Shown one piece after another: positions 24,472 to 33,793 of a stretch of 63,833 bases of DNA. The notes under the pieces were generated by a model. The model did not search any database. It worked only from the letters and a program-made list of their open reading frames with translations, and was not told the DNA's origin. Source of the stretch: Candidatus Berkelbacteria bacterium (GTDB taxonomy: Bacteria > Patescibacteriota > UBA1384 > XYA2-FULL-43-10 > 1-14-0-10-43-13); the NCBI GenBank assembly GCA_037143235.1, contig JBAWZC010000005.1, positions 1 to 63,833 of the forward strand, written 5' to 3'. A program made the translations under genes and the position numbers. Positions within the stretch are counted from its first letter, which is position 1; every line of letters starts with the position of its first letter.

Positions 24472-26439
24472 TCATAAAAGGTCGGTTGGGTCTACATCTA
24501 AGGTTGCTGTCGGAAACTCTTTGGTCAGAAAAGACCAATCTTTTCTTGAATTAATTTTATCATCTTTGATGATGATATGGTATCGATATTTTTTGTTTAT
24601 CCTGGCAAAAAAGCATTTGGCTGGACCGATGAAACCAATTTTTAATTCTCTTAGGTATACAGAAATTTTTTCAATCTCAAGATGAGCCTTTGCTTCGTTT
24701 TCAGAACTGGCAACGATCCTGATAAGTTTGCAAAAAGGCGGATAGTTGTATTTTTCGCGCTCAAGGATCTCCGCATCGTAAAAAAGTTCGTAATTATTTA
24801 GAGTTGCAGCGACGATGGCAAGGGACTCGGGCCAATATGATTGAACGATCACTTCGCCTTGGTCATTGCGACGGCCCGCTCGACCAGAGACTTGGGTGAT
24901 CAGCTGAAATGTTCTTTCGGCTGAGCGGTACTGTGGCAGATGGAGACCGGTATCGGCTGAGACAATGCCGACCAGATCAACATTGGGGATATCGAGCCCT
25001 TTGGCGATCATCTGCGTTCCGATGACGATATCAACTTCGTGTTTTTTGATTTTCTGGTAGATCTCGGCGTAATCTTTCTTTGATTTGATCGTGTCTGCCG
25101 TTACAAGTAAAGTTCTCGCTTCTGGAAACAGTAGATTGACTTCTTGTTCGATCCGATCGGCGCCGGCACCAAAATGCTTGATTCTCGGGCTGCCACACTC
25201 AGGGCAGATGGCCGGTAACGGTTTTTTAGCGTCGCAATGATGGCAACTCAAAACACCCTGTTTGTCGTAAATATGGCAAACCATCGGGATCTGGCAATTA
25301 TCACACATCACGATGTGTCCGCAATCACGGCAGGAGACAAAAGTTGATAGTCCGCGACGATTTAGAAACAAGAGAACCTGTTTTTTCTTCTCGAGCGTAG
25401 TTTTGATGTCGGCCTGAAGTCGAAGAGAAAGAGGAGAATAGTTTTTTGCTTTCATCTCCATTCGTAAATCAATAATTTTTGATTGTGGAATTTTTGCTTC
25501 TCCATGTCTCTCGGCCAGTCGGTAATAGCAAGATTTTTGGTTCACTGTCTCGTGATAGGTTTCAATTCTTGGTGTCGCAGTACCCATCACTAGATTAGCA
25601 CCAATTGTTTCGGCAATCTTTTTGGCCAGATCGACTGCGTGGTACCTGGGGGTTTGTTCCTGTTTGTACGAATCTTCCTGTTCTTCATCGATCACGATCA
25701 AACCAATATTTTCCGTTGGCACGAGCAGAGCAGAGCGTGGACCGATAATAATTGGTTTTTCGTTTTGATAGAATTGAAAAAAACTTGAGCTTTTCTCGCC
25801 CTTCGATAGTCCAGAGTGGAGGAGTAGCACCCTGTCGCCAAAATATTTGGTTAATCTCTCGACTGTTTGGGGTGCCAACATAATCTCGGGTACTAATACG
25901 ATTGCTTGTTTGCCCTGATTGATCGCTTGTTCGATCAATTTAATATATATCTCTGTTTTTCCCGAGCCAGTGACCCCATGGATCAAAACAGGCTTTGAAT
26001 TTCGCTCTTTGAAAGTTTTGCTGATTGACTGAAATATATCTTCCTGATCATCTGATAATTTAATTTCGTGTAGTTCTTTTTCCTGTGTGCTGTTTTCCGA
26101 TTTCTGTTTTCTTGTTTTAATCGTTTCTGGCGGCAAAAACATACCGATCGTATCGCCGAGTGAGCAGAGATAATAGTCCGCCACCCATCTGGCTATGTCG
26201 AGATATTTACTCGGCAAGACAAATTCTTTGTTCGCACCGAGAATACTTTTCAGTTTAAAGGTGTTTTCGCTTTCGTCTGTGACTATTTTTTCGACTATAC
26301 CCCTGATTTTTCGGTTACCAAAAGGAATGGAGACGAGTGCTCCAGACTTGATAAAAGGCTCAAATTCGGCGGGAATAAGATAATCAAAAGAATCGTTTTT
26401 GCCGACTATCTTTGTGATGGGAAATATCTTTGCGATCAT
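24472..26439 (-). CDS. priA: Primosomal protein N' (replication restart helicase)
   Basis: GVTGSGKTE Walker A, DEEQ box and a Cys-rich zinc insertion (CRDCGHIVMCDNC...CHHCD...CPECGS). Confidence 0.92.
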   Translation of the reverse strand: MIAKIFPITKIVGKNDSFDYLIPAEFEPFIKSGALVSIPFGNRKIRGIVEKIVTDESENTFKLKSILGANKEFVLPSKYLDIARWVADYYLCSLGDTIGMFLPPETIKTRKQKSENSTQEKELHEIKLSDDQEDIFQSISKTFKERNSKPVLIHGVTGSGKTEIYIKLIEQAINQGKQAIVLVPEIMLAPQTVERLTKYFGDRVLLLHSGLSKGEKSSSFFQFYQNEKPIIIGPRSALLVPTENIGLIVIDEEQEDSYKQEQTPRYHAVDLAKKIAETIGANLVMGTATPRIETYHETVNQKSCYYRLAERHGEAKIPQSKIIDLRMEMKAKNYSPLSLRLQADIKTTLEKKKQVLLFLNRRGLSTFVSCRDCGHIVMCDNCQIPMVCHIYDKQGVLSCHHCDAKKPLPAICPECGSPRIKHFGAGADRIEQEVNLLFPEARTLLVTADTIKSKKDYAEIYQKIKKHEVDIVIGTQMIAKGLDIPNVDLVGIVSADTGLHLPQYRSAERTFQLITQVSGRAGRRNDQGEVIVQSYWPESLAIVAATLNNYELFYDAEILEREKYNYPPFCKLIRIVASSENEAKAHLEIEKISVYLRELKIGFIGPAKCFFARINKKYRYHIIIKDDKINSRKDWSFLTKEFPTATLDVDPTDLL

Positions 26440-26647
26440 GATTTCATCATATCACAAGAGATCAGAAGTCGGGAGCATGGCGATTGATGCGATACTTTTG
26501 CGCTACCTCTTGGCTCAAGAATTTGAGATAAAAGGGGAGTGCCAGATTGATTTAACAATATTACATTGTATTGTCCATTTTAAACCCAACGCGCCACCCC
26601 TGGTGGGGCGGCGCTGGATAATACGACGGCATTCATGGCCGAAGTTG

Positions 26648-27559
26648 TTACTCGATGATACCGGCCTGCCGATACTCATTTTCGATGTAGCTTAGTTTCG
26701 CTGTTCGCTTCTCGTCCTCGGTGTCATCCATATGTCTGTCGATCAGGCTCATATTGATGAATAACCAGAAGTGGGAATCGCGAAGCCCGCGTTCCATATC
26801 GGAAGCCGGTTTACCGCAGACATCGTCGAGTGCTGGGGTTGGCTGCACGCTCATGTAAGCGCTGCCGCCAACCTTTTTGCCGTCCCTCTGGTACATTCCA
26901 TACAACTCCTCGACCTTGCGGTCTAAAAGCTTTTGATACTGTACTCCGAACACTTTCGTGGTGTTCTCCTTTTGTACCATGTAGGCATGTAGCTCACCAG
27001 CCACTTGGATGTCGGCGGAGGTTTCTTTGGTGGCATTTTTAGCCACCTCAGGGTGCATCGCGTCATCAAGGGCATGAACGCACTCATGGAGCGCAAACAG
27101 ACCCTTCATTTTGGCAGTGCATTTCGTAGGTCTAAATTGCATCATGCGGTCACCTGAAATATAGCGTAGACCGACACCTTTCTGCTCGATCATCTGCCTC
27201 CAGTAATCGCACAGGATTTTGTCCTCGTCCATGAGAACGACGACGCCAATGGTATCCTTCTTGGGGTCATCCACTAGCATCGCACCTCCATTGTCGACGG
27301 GGTAGGCCGGGGCTTGGTGCTCCTGCACCCAGTTGACCGCTTCTTTGGCTTCCAGCGTTGTGGCAACATCTTGTGCTGCATCGAGCCAATCCTTGGCAAT
27401 TTGCTCTCGCTCCTTCATATTGGCGGGTGGGGCGTACATCTTGGCCTTCTTGATTTCAGGCTTCAACGCTGAATTGTGGTTATTGCGTAGGCCAATGCCG
27501 CAGATCGCAGCAAGACCAACGATCACAATAACGAAGAAAATAAACATAGACTGCCGCAT
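26648..27559 (-). CDS. Hypothetical secreted or membrane-anchored protein with an HExxH motif (GC-richer orphan)
   Basis: The start is set at MRQSMFIFFVIVIVGLAAI (SD AGGAGA upstream), which gives an N-terminal TM/signal segment. It contains LHECVHALDD. Confidence 0.5.
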   Translation of the reverse strand: MRQSMFIFFVIVIVGLAAICGIGLRNNHNSALKPEIKKAKMYAPPANMKEREQIAKDWLDAAQDVATTLEAKEAVNWVQEHQAPAYPVDNGGAMLVDDPKKDTIGVVVLMDEDKILCDYWRQMIEQKGVGLRYISGDRMMQFRPTKCTAKMKGLFALHECVHALDDAMHPEVAKNATKETSADIQVAGELHAYMVQKENTTKVFGVQYQKLLDRKVEELYGMYQRDGKKVGGSAYMSVQPTPALDDVCGKPASDMERGLRDSHFWLFINMSLIDRHMDDTEDEKRTAKLSYIENEYRQAGIIE

Positions 27560-27804
27560 TGGCGTCTCCTGTATGCGCTGGGGGAATTTCTCATAGCCGT
27601 AAAACATTTGAGTCCAGCACATCAATATATTAGCATAAAATATCAAAAACGTCAAGCTCTCCGTTATGTTTCAATACCTTGGAAACACTAAGCATTTATA
27701 AATTTTTCTTTGCTGCATAATAAAAAAACCCGCGTATGGACGGGGAGACTTTTCCGTCGGCGGGGCTGAGAGACTGAGAACTTTCGATAAATTCAGATAT
27801 TATA

Positions 27805-29073
27805 TTAATCTCTTCGATTTGCGGCCGATTGTCCAGCCAGATGACCGGAAGACCAAGCCCATTGTAGGTTGAAACCGCCTGAGTCGCCATCGACATCAAG
27901 TACTTCACCAGCCAAGAAGAGCCCGGAAACTATCTTTGATTCCATAGTCTGACAATTGATTTCAGCAAGGTCGATGCCACCATGAGTGACCTGCGCCTCT
28001 CGAAAAGGCCGAACACCGGTAGTCACTATTTCAATATTTTTTAAAGTTGTGGCAATTTTTTGACGATCGAGCTTGGAGATCTCGGCTGATTTTCGCTCAG
28101 GATCAATATTAGATAATTTCAAGATAATTGGTGATAGATTTTTCGGGATTGCTCCAGCGATGACATTTTTAATCGACTTCGAGCCAGCAACAGTAATTAT
28201 TTTTGCTAACTTTGTGTCTAATTCTTTGGGTGATTCGTCATGAAAAAGATCTAGATGAACGATGACCTTGTCCTTGGGTAGATACTTGCCGATAGAGCCA
28301 GCCAGAGCCATCACAGCGGGACCAGAGAGGCCGAAATGAGTAAAGAGGACATCGCCCACTTTTTGATTGATTATCGTGCCGTTGACGGTTACCGAGGCAT
28401 TGGCGATGACTTTTAGTCCCTGTACAGCCTTGATCCACGATTCTTTGGCCTCAAGAGGGGATAGAGCGGGATAAATTTCAGTGGTTTTGTGCCCGAGTTT
28501 TCTAATCCAAGTATAGGCGTCGCCAGAGGTTCCGAGGTGAGCAGCCGCCTGTCCGCCAGCCGTGATAATGATTTTTTGGGCTAAGATAATCTCGTTTGAT
28601 TGAGATTTGATCTCAAAAATATTAAATCTTTTTTCAATCTCACTGACCGCAGCATCGAGTTTGAGGTCAATCTTCTTGCTCGTAATTTCGTGTGTCAGTG
28701 CATCGACCACGCTTGAAGCTTGGTCAGTTCGGGGGAAGATCCGGCCGAGATTTTCCTCTTTTAGGACCAATCCAAGATTTTCAAAAAAATCCATCGTCTT
28801 TCTTTGGTCAAATTGATCAATCACAGATTTAATCGACTCCGGTGATCCGCCGTGATATCGAGAGATATCGATAAATTTATTGGTAATGTTGCAGCGACCG
28901 TTGCCTGTGGCAAAAATCTTGCGAGCGAGCCCAGAATTTTTTTCAATAATGACGACCGAATTACTCGGTTTTTTGGCTTCGGTCGCTGCCATCATCCCCG
29001 CGGCACCCCCGCCAATGATCGCAATATCATAAATTTTTGATTTAGAGTAATTCACGGTTCGATTATAGCACAA
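27805..29073 (-). CDS. HI0933/BaiN-like FAD-dependent oxidoreductase
   Basis: DIAIIGGGAAGMMAA dinucleotide-binding motif. The C-terminal GEVLDVDGDSGGFNLQWAWSSG is typical of this family. Confidence 0.8.
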   Translation of the reverse strand: MCYNRTVNYSKSKIYDIAIIGGGAAGMMAATEAKKPSNSVVIIEKNSGLARKIFATGNGRCNITNKFIDISRYHGGSPESIKSVIDQFDQRKTMDFFENLGLVLKEENLGRIFPRTDQASSVVDALTHEITSKKIDLKLDAAVSEIEKRFNIFEIKSQSNEIILAQKIIITAGGQAAAHLGTSGDAYTWIRKLGHKTTEIYPALSPLEAKESWIKAVQGLKVIANASVTVNGTIINQKVGDVLFTHFGLSGPAVMALAGSIGKYLPKDKVIVHLDLFHDESPKELDTKLAKIITVAGSKSIKNVIAGAIPKNLSPIILKLSNIDPERKSAEISKLDRQKIATTLKNIEIVTTGVRPFREAQVTHGGIDLAEINCQTMESKIVSGLFLAGEVLDVDGDSGGFNLQWAWSSGHLAGQSAANRRD

Positions 29074-29138
29074 ATTATGTGTGATGTCGACTTTTGCGTG
29101 TATTGTCTTAAACCAAAAAATGTGTTATTATAAAACAT

Positions 29139-30461
29139 ATGGAAGAAAACTCAGTTAAAAATCTAGTTGCTCTGATTGGTCGACCAAATGTCGGCAAATC
29201 AACTCTTTTCAATCGTCTGGTTGGCAAGAGAATTGCAATCGAATCACCAGTCGCTGGCACTACCAGAGACAAGATTTTGGGTGAAGTTTTTTGGCATGGC
29301 AAAGTCTTTGATCTGATCGACCTTGCTGGTATCGAAAAATCGAAAAAGAATGATGCCATCTCGCAGCAGACTCAGGACTTGGTCGAAGCAGCTGCGGCAG
29401 AAGCCGAGGTATTGGTCTTCGTTGTAGACTGGAACGATGCCGATAACAATATGGACAAAATTATCGCCAGATCGCTGAAGAAATACAACAAAAAAGTCAT
29501 TGTCGCAGTGAACAAAGCTGATAACCTCGAGCGCCTAAGATCTATCGAGAAATTCAGTCGCCTTGGCAATTTCGAAATGATCCCAGTTTCTGGTATCACA
29601 GGGAAAAACAGTGGAGATTTACTCGACGCGATAGTTAAAAATTTACATCAAAAAAAGACAGTTGAAGTTGATGAAAACGAGATCAAACTTGCGATCATCG
29701 GTCGACCAAATGTCGGCAAGTCGACTTTGCTCAATCAAATCGTTGGCCAGAAAAAGGCCATCGTTTCAGATGTACCTGGCACGACCAGAGACATCGTTGA
29801 TGTCAAATTTGCCCACAAGGGCGGCATGATCCGCTTGTTCGACACGGCTGGTATTCGTCGCAAAGGCAAGATTGAAAAAGATACGATCGAGTCTTTCAGT
29901 GTTTTGCGAACATATCGCGCTCTAGAGGGTGCAGATGTTGTTGTCCTGATGATTGATGCCTCTGAGGGCTTGGTAGCGCAAGACACTCATATTCTTGGTT
30001 ATGCCAAAGAGCACGGCAAAGGTGTTGTCTTGGCCGTGAACAAGATCGATCTGGTCGAAGATATCGAAACATTTATGGACGAACAGCTGTACTATCTGCA
30101 GGATAAACTGAACTTCATCCCGTACTTGCCAGTTATCTTCATTTCAGCAGAAAATGGCGACAATGTTAAAATTCTACTAAACCAAGTGATAAAGGTTGCT
30201 GCAAATCGCAAGATGCAGATCCCACAAGAGGATTTGAATGAAATTTTGGCACTTTGTCAAAGCAAAAATGTTCAGACAACCAATATTTTTGAGATCAAAC
30301 AGGTTGATATCTGTCCGCCAACTTTTGAGTTGGTCGCCAAGAAAAAGAAACTTATTCACGAAACAGTGTTGCGTTATCTCGAAAATCGTACCAGAGATGT
30401 GCACCCGTTAGAGGGAACACCTTTGATATTCTATATAGATCGTAAAAAGCCTAATAAGTAA
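29139..30461 (+). CDS. der: Ribosome-associated GTPase Der/EngA (tandem GTPase domains plus KH-like)
   Basis: Two G1 motifs GRPNVGKST, plus DTAG and NKxD boxes. Confidence 0.93.
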   Translation: MEENSVKNLVALIGRPNVGKSTLFNRLVGKRIAIESPVAGTTRDKILGEVFWHGKVFDLIDLAGIEKSKKNDAISQQTQDLVEAAAAEAEVLVFVVDWNDADNNMDKIIARSLKKYNKKVIVAVNKADNLERLRSIEKFSRLGNFEMIPVSGITGKNSGDLLDAIVKNLHQKKTVEVDENEIKLAIIGRPNVGKSTLLNQIVGQKKAIVSDVPGTTRDIVDVKFAHKGGMIRLFDTAGIRRKGKIEKDTIESFSVLRTYRALEGADVVVLMIDASEGLVAQDTHILGYAKEHGKGVVLAVNKIDLVEDIETFMDEQLYYLQDKLNFIPYLPVIFISAENGDNVKILLNQVIKVAANRKMQIPQEDLNEILALCQSKNVQTTNIFEIKQVDICPPTFELVAKKKKLIHETVLRYLENRTRDVHPLEGTPLIFYIDRKKPNK

Positions 30462-31065
30462 AACGGCTGTGTAGTCCAAATCGGTCGAAGGGAAGAAGCG
30501 TAATCCAAGTTCGACCAACAATGTTCTCTTTTGGTAAAAGTCCCCATTCGCGAGAATCGGAGGATTTTTCTCTGTTGTCTCCAAGGACAAAAAAATGATT
30601 ATCGGTGACGGTAATTTCCTTGTCCCCAGAGTTTACTTTGGTCACAATGCCGGGCATCAGATATGGCTCCGAAAGGACTATTTTCGTGCCGTTTTTCTCG
30701 GTAATTGTAACTTTATTGTTATCTATCAGGACTTTTTCTCCCGGTAGTCCGACCACGCGCTTGATATAATTTGTCGAGGGATTCTGCGGTGGATGGAAAA
30801 CAATCACATCGCCACGATGAACATCGCCAGTTAGATAAGAGATTTTTTCAACTAACAGATACTCATTGTTAACAAAATTTTTCATCATAGATTCACCATC
30901 GACAATGTATGGTTGGATCACAAAATTACGCAAGAGCAGAGCCAAGATAATAACTACGATTCCGGTCTTGGCCAAGTCCCAAATAAATTCAAAAAATTCT
31001 CTCGCTTGATTGCGAGGGTTTTCAAATTGATTAAGTCTTTCGCTGATTGGGTTTTTTTCTTCCAC
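30451..31065 (-). CDS. lepB: Signal peptidase I
   Basis: GESMMKNF (catalytic Ser), RGDVIVF, YIKRVVGLPGE (Lys) and GDNREKSSDSR. Confidence 0.9.
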   Translation of the reverse strand: MEEKNPISERLNQFENPRNQAREFFEFIWDLAKTGIVVIILALLLRNFVIQPYIVDGESMMKNFVNNEYLLVEKISYLTGDVHRGDVIVFHPPQNPSTNYIKRVVGLPGEKVLIDNNKVTITEKNGTKIVLSEPYLMPGIVTKVNSGDKEITVTDNHFFVLGDNREKSSDSREWGLLPKENIVGRTWITLLPFDRFGLHSRFTY

Positions 31066-31172
31066 GGAAATATTCTATCAGGTCTTGACATCTTTGGTCA
31101 ATCACTATGATAATGGAAGAAGAAAGTTGCAGTGAAAAAGTTAAAGTGTTTTAAAAAAGTGGAGGCGGGGTC

Positions 31173-31901
31173 ATGTATCCAATATTATTCAAAATCGGCG
31201 GAGTGACAATCTATTCACACGGTGTGATGGCTATCATTGGTATCGTCGTCGCTCTTTTGATAATGTTCTGGCTATCAAAGCGCGCCAAACTCGATAACTC
31301 TGTTTTGATCGACAATGTTATCTTCACGGTCTTGTTTGGCATTATCGGGGCTCGGATCACATATTTTGTCCTATATCGAGATCAGTTTGCCTCGTTTCAA
31401 GAAATTTTCTATCTATGGCAGGGCGGCATGGTTTCATATGGCGGTTTCATCTTGGGTGGACTCGCTTATTGCCTGCTCTTCTATTGGCAAAAAGCTAAAG
31501 TCGTCAGATGGCTTGATATTTTAGCGATTGCCTTCCCTTTGGGGCTATTTTTCGGGCGTATCGGGAATATCTTGGCTGGAGAATATTCTGGCGTTCCGAC
31601 ATCCTCGGCAATCAATCTTGGGGGATTGGTTCCAGTGCCGGCCTACGAAGCTCTATTGCTTGTACTGATATTTTCCACTTGCTTGGTCCTTATTCGTCGC
31701 GGCGCGGCCCTCAAAAATGGGGTTTGGACATTGTTCGTTCTTGGGTCGTATAGTTTGGGTCGATTCATAATTGATTTTTGGCGAGACGAACCCAAACTTC
31801 TCTCTATTTTTTCCTTGGGGCAATTGGTCGGCTTGGTTATATTTGTTGTCTGTCTAATACTGTATATAAAAATTTCATTAACCAAGGAATCAAAAAGATG
31901 A
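31173..31901 (+). CDS. lgt: Prolipoprotein diacylglyceryl transferase
   Basis: Multi-TM protein with GARITYF, WQGGMVSYGG and GRIGN motifs. Confidence 0.88.
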   Translation: MYPILFKIGGVTIYSHGVMAIIGIVVALLIMFWLSKRAKLDNSVLIDNVIFTVLFGIIGARITYFVLYRDQFASFQEIFYLWQGGMVSYGGFILGGLAYCLLFYWQKAKVVRWLDILAIAFPLGLFFGRIGNILAGEYSGVPTSSAINLGGLVPVPAYEALLLVLIFSTCLVLIRRGAALKNGVWTLFVLGSYSLGRFIIDFWRDEPKLLSIFSLGQLVGLVIFVVCLILYIKISLTKESKR

Positions 31902-32227
31902 ATACAAATAAAGAATTTATTGAGAAGCAAAGGGCGGTTTTGCTAAAAGAAAAAGAACGACTGGCACAGGAGATAGAGTCGATCCAGCGATATCCAGACA
32001 AAAGTTCTGTTGGTGATGATGTTCTGCAAGAGATGTCTGACTTCGAACACAATATTTCTCTCGAAGATGAATTGCACGAGATGATGAAAAAGATAGACAG
32101 GGCACTTCTTTCGATCGAAAATGGAACATATGGTAGTTGTGCAATCTGCCGTCAGCAGATCGAACATGGTCGGCTCGGCATTATGCCGTCAGCCGATATC
32201 TGTGCTACTTGTGCTGGAAAGAAATAA
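31898..32227 (+). CDS. DksA/TraR-family C4 zinc-finger protein
   Basis: The start is set at MNTNKEF (ATGA overlap with the lgt stop). It has a coiled coil and CAICRQQIEHGRL...CATC. Confidence 0.75.
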   Translation: MNTNKEFIEKQRAVLLKEKERLAQEIESIQRYPDKSSVGDDVLQEMSDFEHNISLEDELHEMMKKIDRALLSIENGTYGSCAICRQQIEHGRLGIMPSADICATCAGKK

Positions 32228-32229
32228 TT

Positions 32230-32637
32230 TTGGAGATCAGAGTACTAAAAGCTACCACCCTCTTGGTCATTTTGTCGATCTTTTTATTACTCTTTGATAC
32301 ACTGGTGAATCTTTGGGGCAATACTGTTATCAATAGTGCGTTGGTCTTTGGTTACACTGGCGGCAACACTATAGCACTGGTGATCTCAGTGATTTTTCTT
32401 TTGGCCATGGGAATGCTCTGGAAGTGGCACAGCTTTGATGGACCAGGGGTGGTGATGATCATCGCTGGTGGCTTGGTAAATTCATCTGAGAGAGTCATCT
32501 ATGGCGGCGTCATCGATTATTTTCATCTTTTCGGCTTCTATTTCAATTTACCAGATGTCTTCATTTTTGTCGGCTTGACGATGCTGGTATACAATGAAAT
32601 ATCAAAATTGCTCGACAAAAAAACCGCTAATCTCTAG
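32230..32637 (+). CDS. lspA: Lipoprotein signal peptidase II-like
   Basis: INSALVFGY, AGGLVNSSERVIYGGVIDYF and FNLPDVFI align with E. coli NYGAAFSF / GGALGNLFDR...VVDMIDFY / FNLAD. The TTG start at 32230 is tentative. The DR aspartate is Glu here. Confidence 0.65.
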   Translation: MEIRVLKATTLLVILSIFLLLFDTLVNLWGNTVINSALVFGYTGGNTIALVISVIFLLAMGMLWKWHSFDGPGVVMIIAGGLVNSSERVIYGGVIDYFHLFGFYFNLPDVFIFVGLTMLVYNEISKLLDKKTANL

Positions 32638-32647
32638 CGGTTTTTTC
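32617..32647. terminator. Bidirectional terminator between lspA and rplT
   Basis: AAAAAAACCGCTA-ATCTC-TAGCGGTTTTTTT. Confidence 0.8.
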
Positions 32648-32656
32648 TTTTAGAAC

Positions 32657-32998
32657 TTATTTGATCTTTGCAACAATTTCTTTGAAAGTCTCAGGGTTTT
32701 TCATCGCGATGTCGGAAAGGACTTTGCGGTTGACTGTGATATCGCTTTTGCTAAGTTTGTTGATGAAAACTGAGTAGCTCATACCCATAGCTCGGACAGC
32801 TGCATTGAGACGAATGATCCAAAGTGCACGCATGGTGCGCTTTTTCTTTTTTCTATCCATGTATGCATGAACGCCGGCTTTTTGAACGCCTTCTTTGGCT
32901 AAAGTATAAACTGAATTTCTGCGACCAATAAAACCCTTGGCTCTTTTTAGAACCTTGTGATGTTTTGCTCGTCTGGCTGTGCCTCTTTTGACTCTCAT
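32657..32998 (-). CDS. rplT: Ribosomal protein L20
   Basis: MRVKRGTARRAKHHKVLKRAKGF... is a typical L20. Confidence 0.95.
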   Translation of the reverse strand: MRVKRGTARRAKHHKVLKRAKGFIGRRNSVYTLAKEGVQKAGVHAYMDRKKKKRTMRALWIIRLNAAVRAMGMSYSVFINKLSKSDITVNRKVLSDIAMKNPETFKEIVAKIK

Positions 32999-33013
32999 CT
33001 GTTCTCCGTGTGA

Positions 33014-33196
33014 CTAACCGTTAGGTATCAGTTTTTTGATTCTTCTGATATCGGATTTATTAATTTCTAATTTGGTTTTGGTTGGGTTTGCTTTGTTCGA
33101 CAAAAGATGGCTCTTGCCAGCTTGAACATGAAGGTACTTGCCGCTCATTGTCAGTTTGACTCTCTTGGCTGTTGCTTTGTGTGTTTTTAATTTCAT
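33014..33196 (-). CDS. rpmI: Ribosomal protein L35
   Basis: MKLKTHKATAKRVKLT... lies between infC and rplT. Confidence 0.9.
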   Translation of the reverse strand: MKLKTHKATAKRVKLTMSGKYLHVQAGKSHLLSNKANPTKTKLEINKSDIRRIKKLIPNG

Positions 33197-33738
33197 TTTG
33201 ACGCTTCCTTTTCTTCTGAATCTTGTTTTTTTACAATTGTGAGATTGGCGTTGATAGTGTTGCCAAGTTTTTGTGGTGTTTTTTCGTAATCAAGGCCGGC
33301 AACATCAGCAAATTTTTTGAAAACTTCGATCGCTTGTGGGACGAAAGCATTTTCCCGTCCGCGCAATCTCATCGAAACCTTTACTTGGTTACCGCTATCA
33401 AAAAACTCTCTGGCTTGCTTCGCTTTGTAGCTGATATCGTGGTCGCTGATTTTGAAGGTCAGACGAAGCTCTTTCAGCTCATGGTTTTTCTGTTTTGAGC
33501 GGTTGTCTTTTTCTTTTTTGGCCAAATCGTACTTAAATTTGCCATGATCCATGATCTTGCAAATCGGTGGGCGATTGGTCGGATTGATCTCTACAAGATC
33601 CAAATCCTTGCTTTTGGCAAGCATCAAAGCCTGATCTCTCGACATCTGTCCAAGGTTTGTACCTTCTTCGTCGATCACTACCAAAGGAGAGAATGTGATT
33701 CTCTCGTTCGATCTTGTAAATGACCTATTCTTGCTTAT
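33193..33738 (-). CDS. infC: Translation initiation factor IF-3, probably with an ATA start
   Basis: The IF3 N and C domains are present. The in-frame upstream codons ISKNRSFTRSNERITFSPLVVIDEEG match the conserved IF3 N-terminus (..RINGEIRAQEVRL..). ATA at 33736..33738 is preceded by GGAG with a 5-nt spacer. Confidence 0.8.
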   Translation of the reverse strand: MSKNRSFTRSNERITFSPLVVIDEEGTNLGQMSRDQALMLAKSKDLDLVEINPTNRPPICKIMDHGKFKYDLAKKEKDNRSKQKNHELKELRLTFKISDHDISYKAKQAREFFDSGNQVKVSMRLRGRENAFVPQAIEVFKKFADVAGLDYEKTPQKLGNTINANLTIVKKQDSEEKEASK

Positions 33739-33793
33739 CTTTGCTCCAAAATAATTTAACTCACAAAGAGAATATCATTTTTGGAGGCAAAGG

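Noticed and set aside
27696-27908. ORF 27696..27908(-) and other 60-90 aa ORFs in short intergenic gaps (for example 54844..55059, 57955..58152, 63313..63495)
   Set aside because: They have no SD, and they overlap terminator hairpins, promoters or the ends of better-supported genes. Their composition is typical of non-coding AT-rich spacers.
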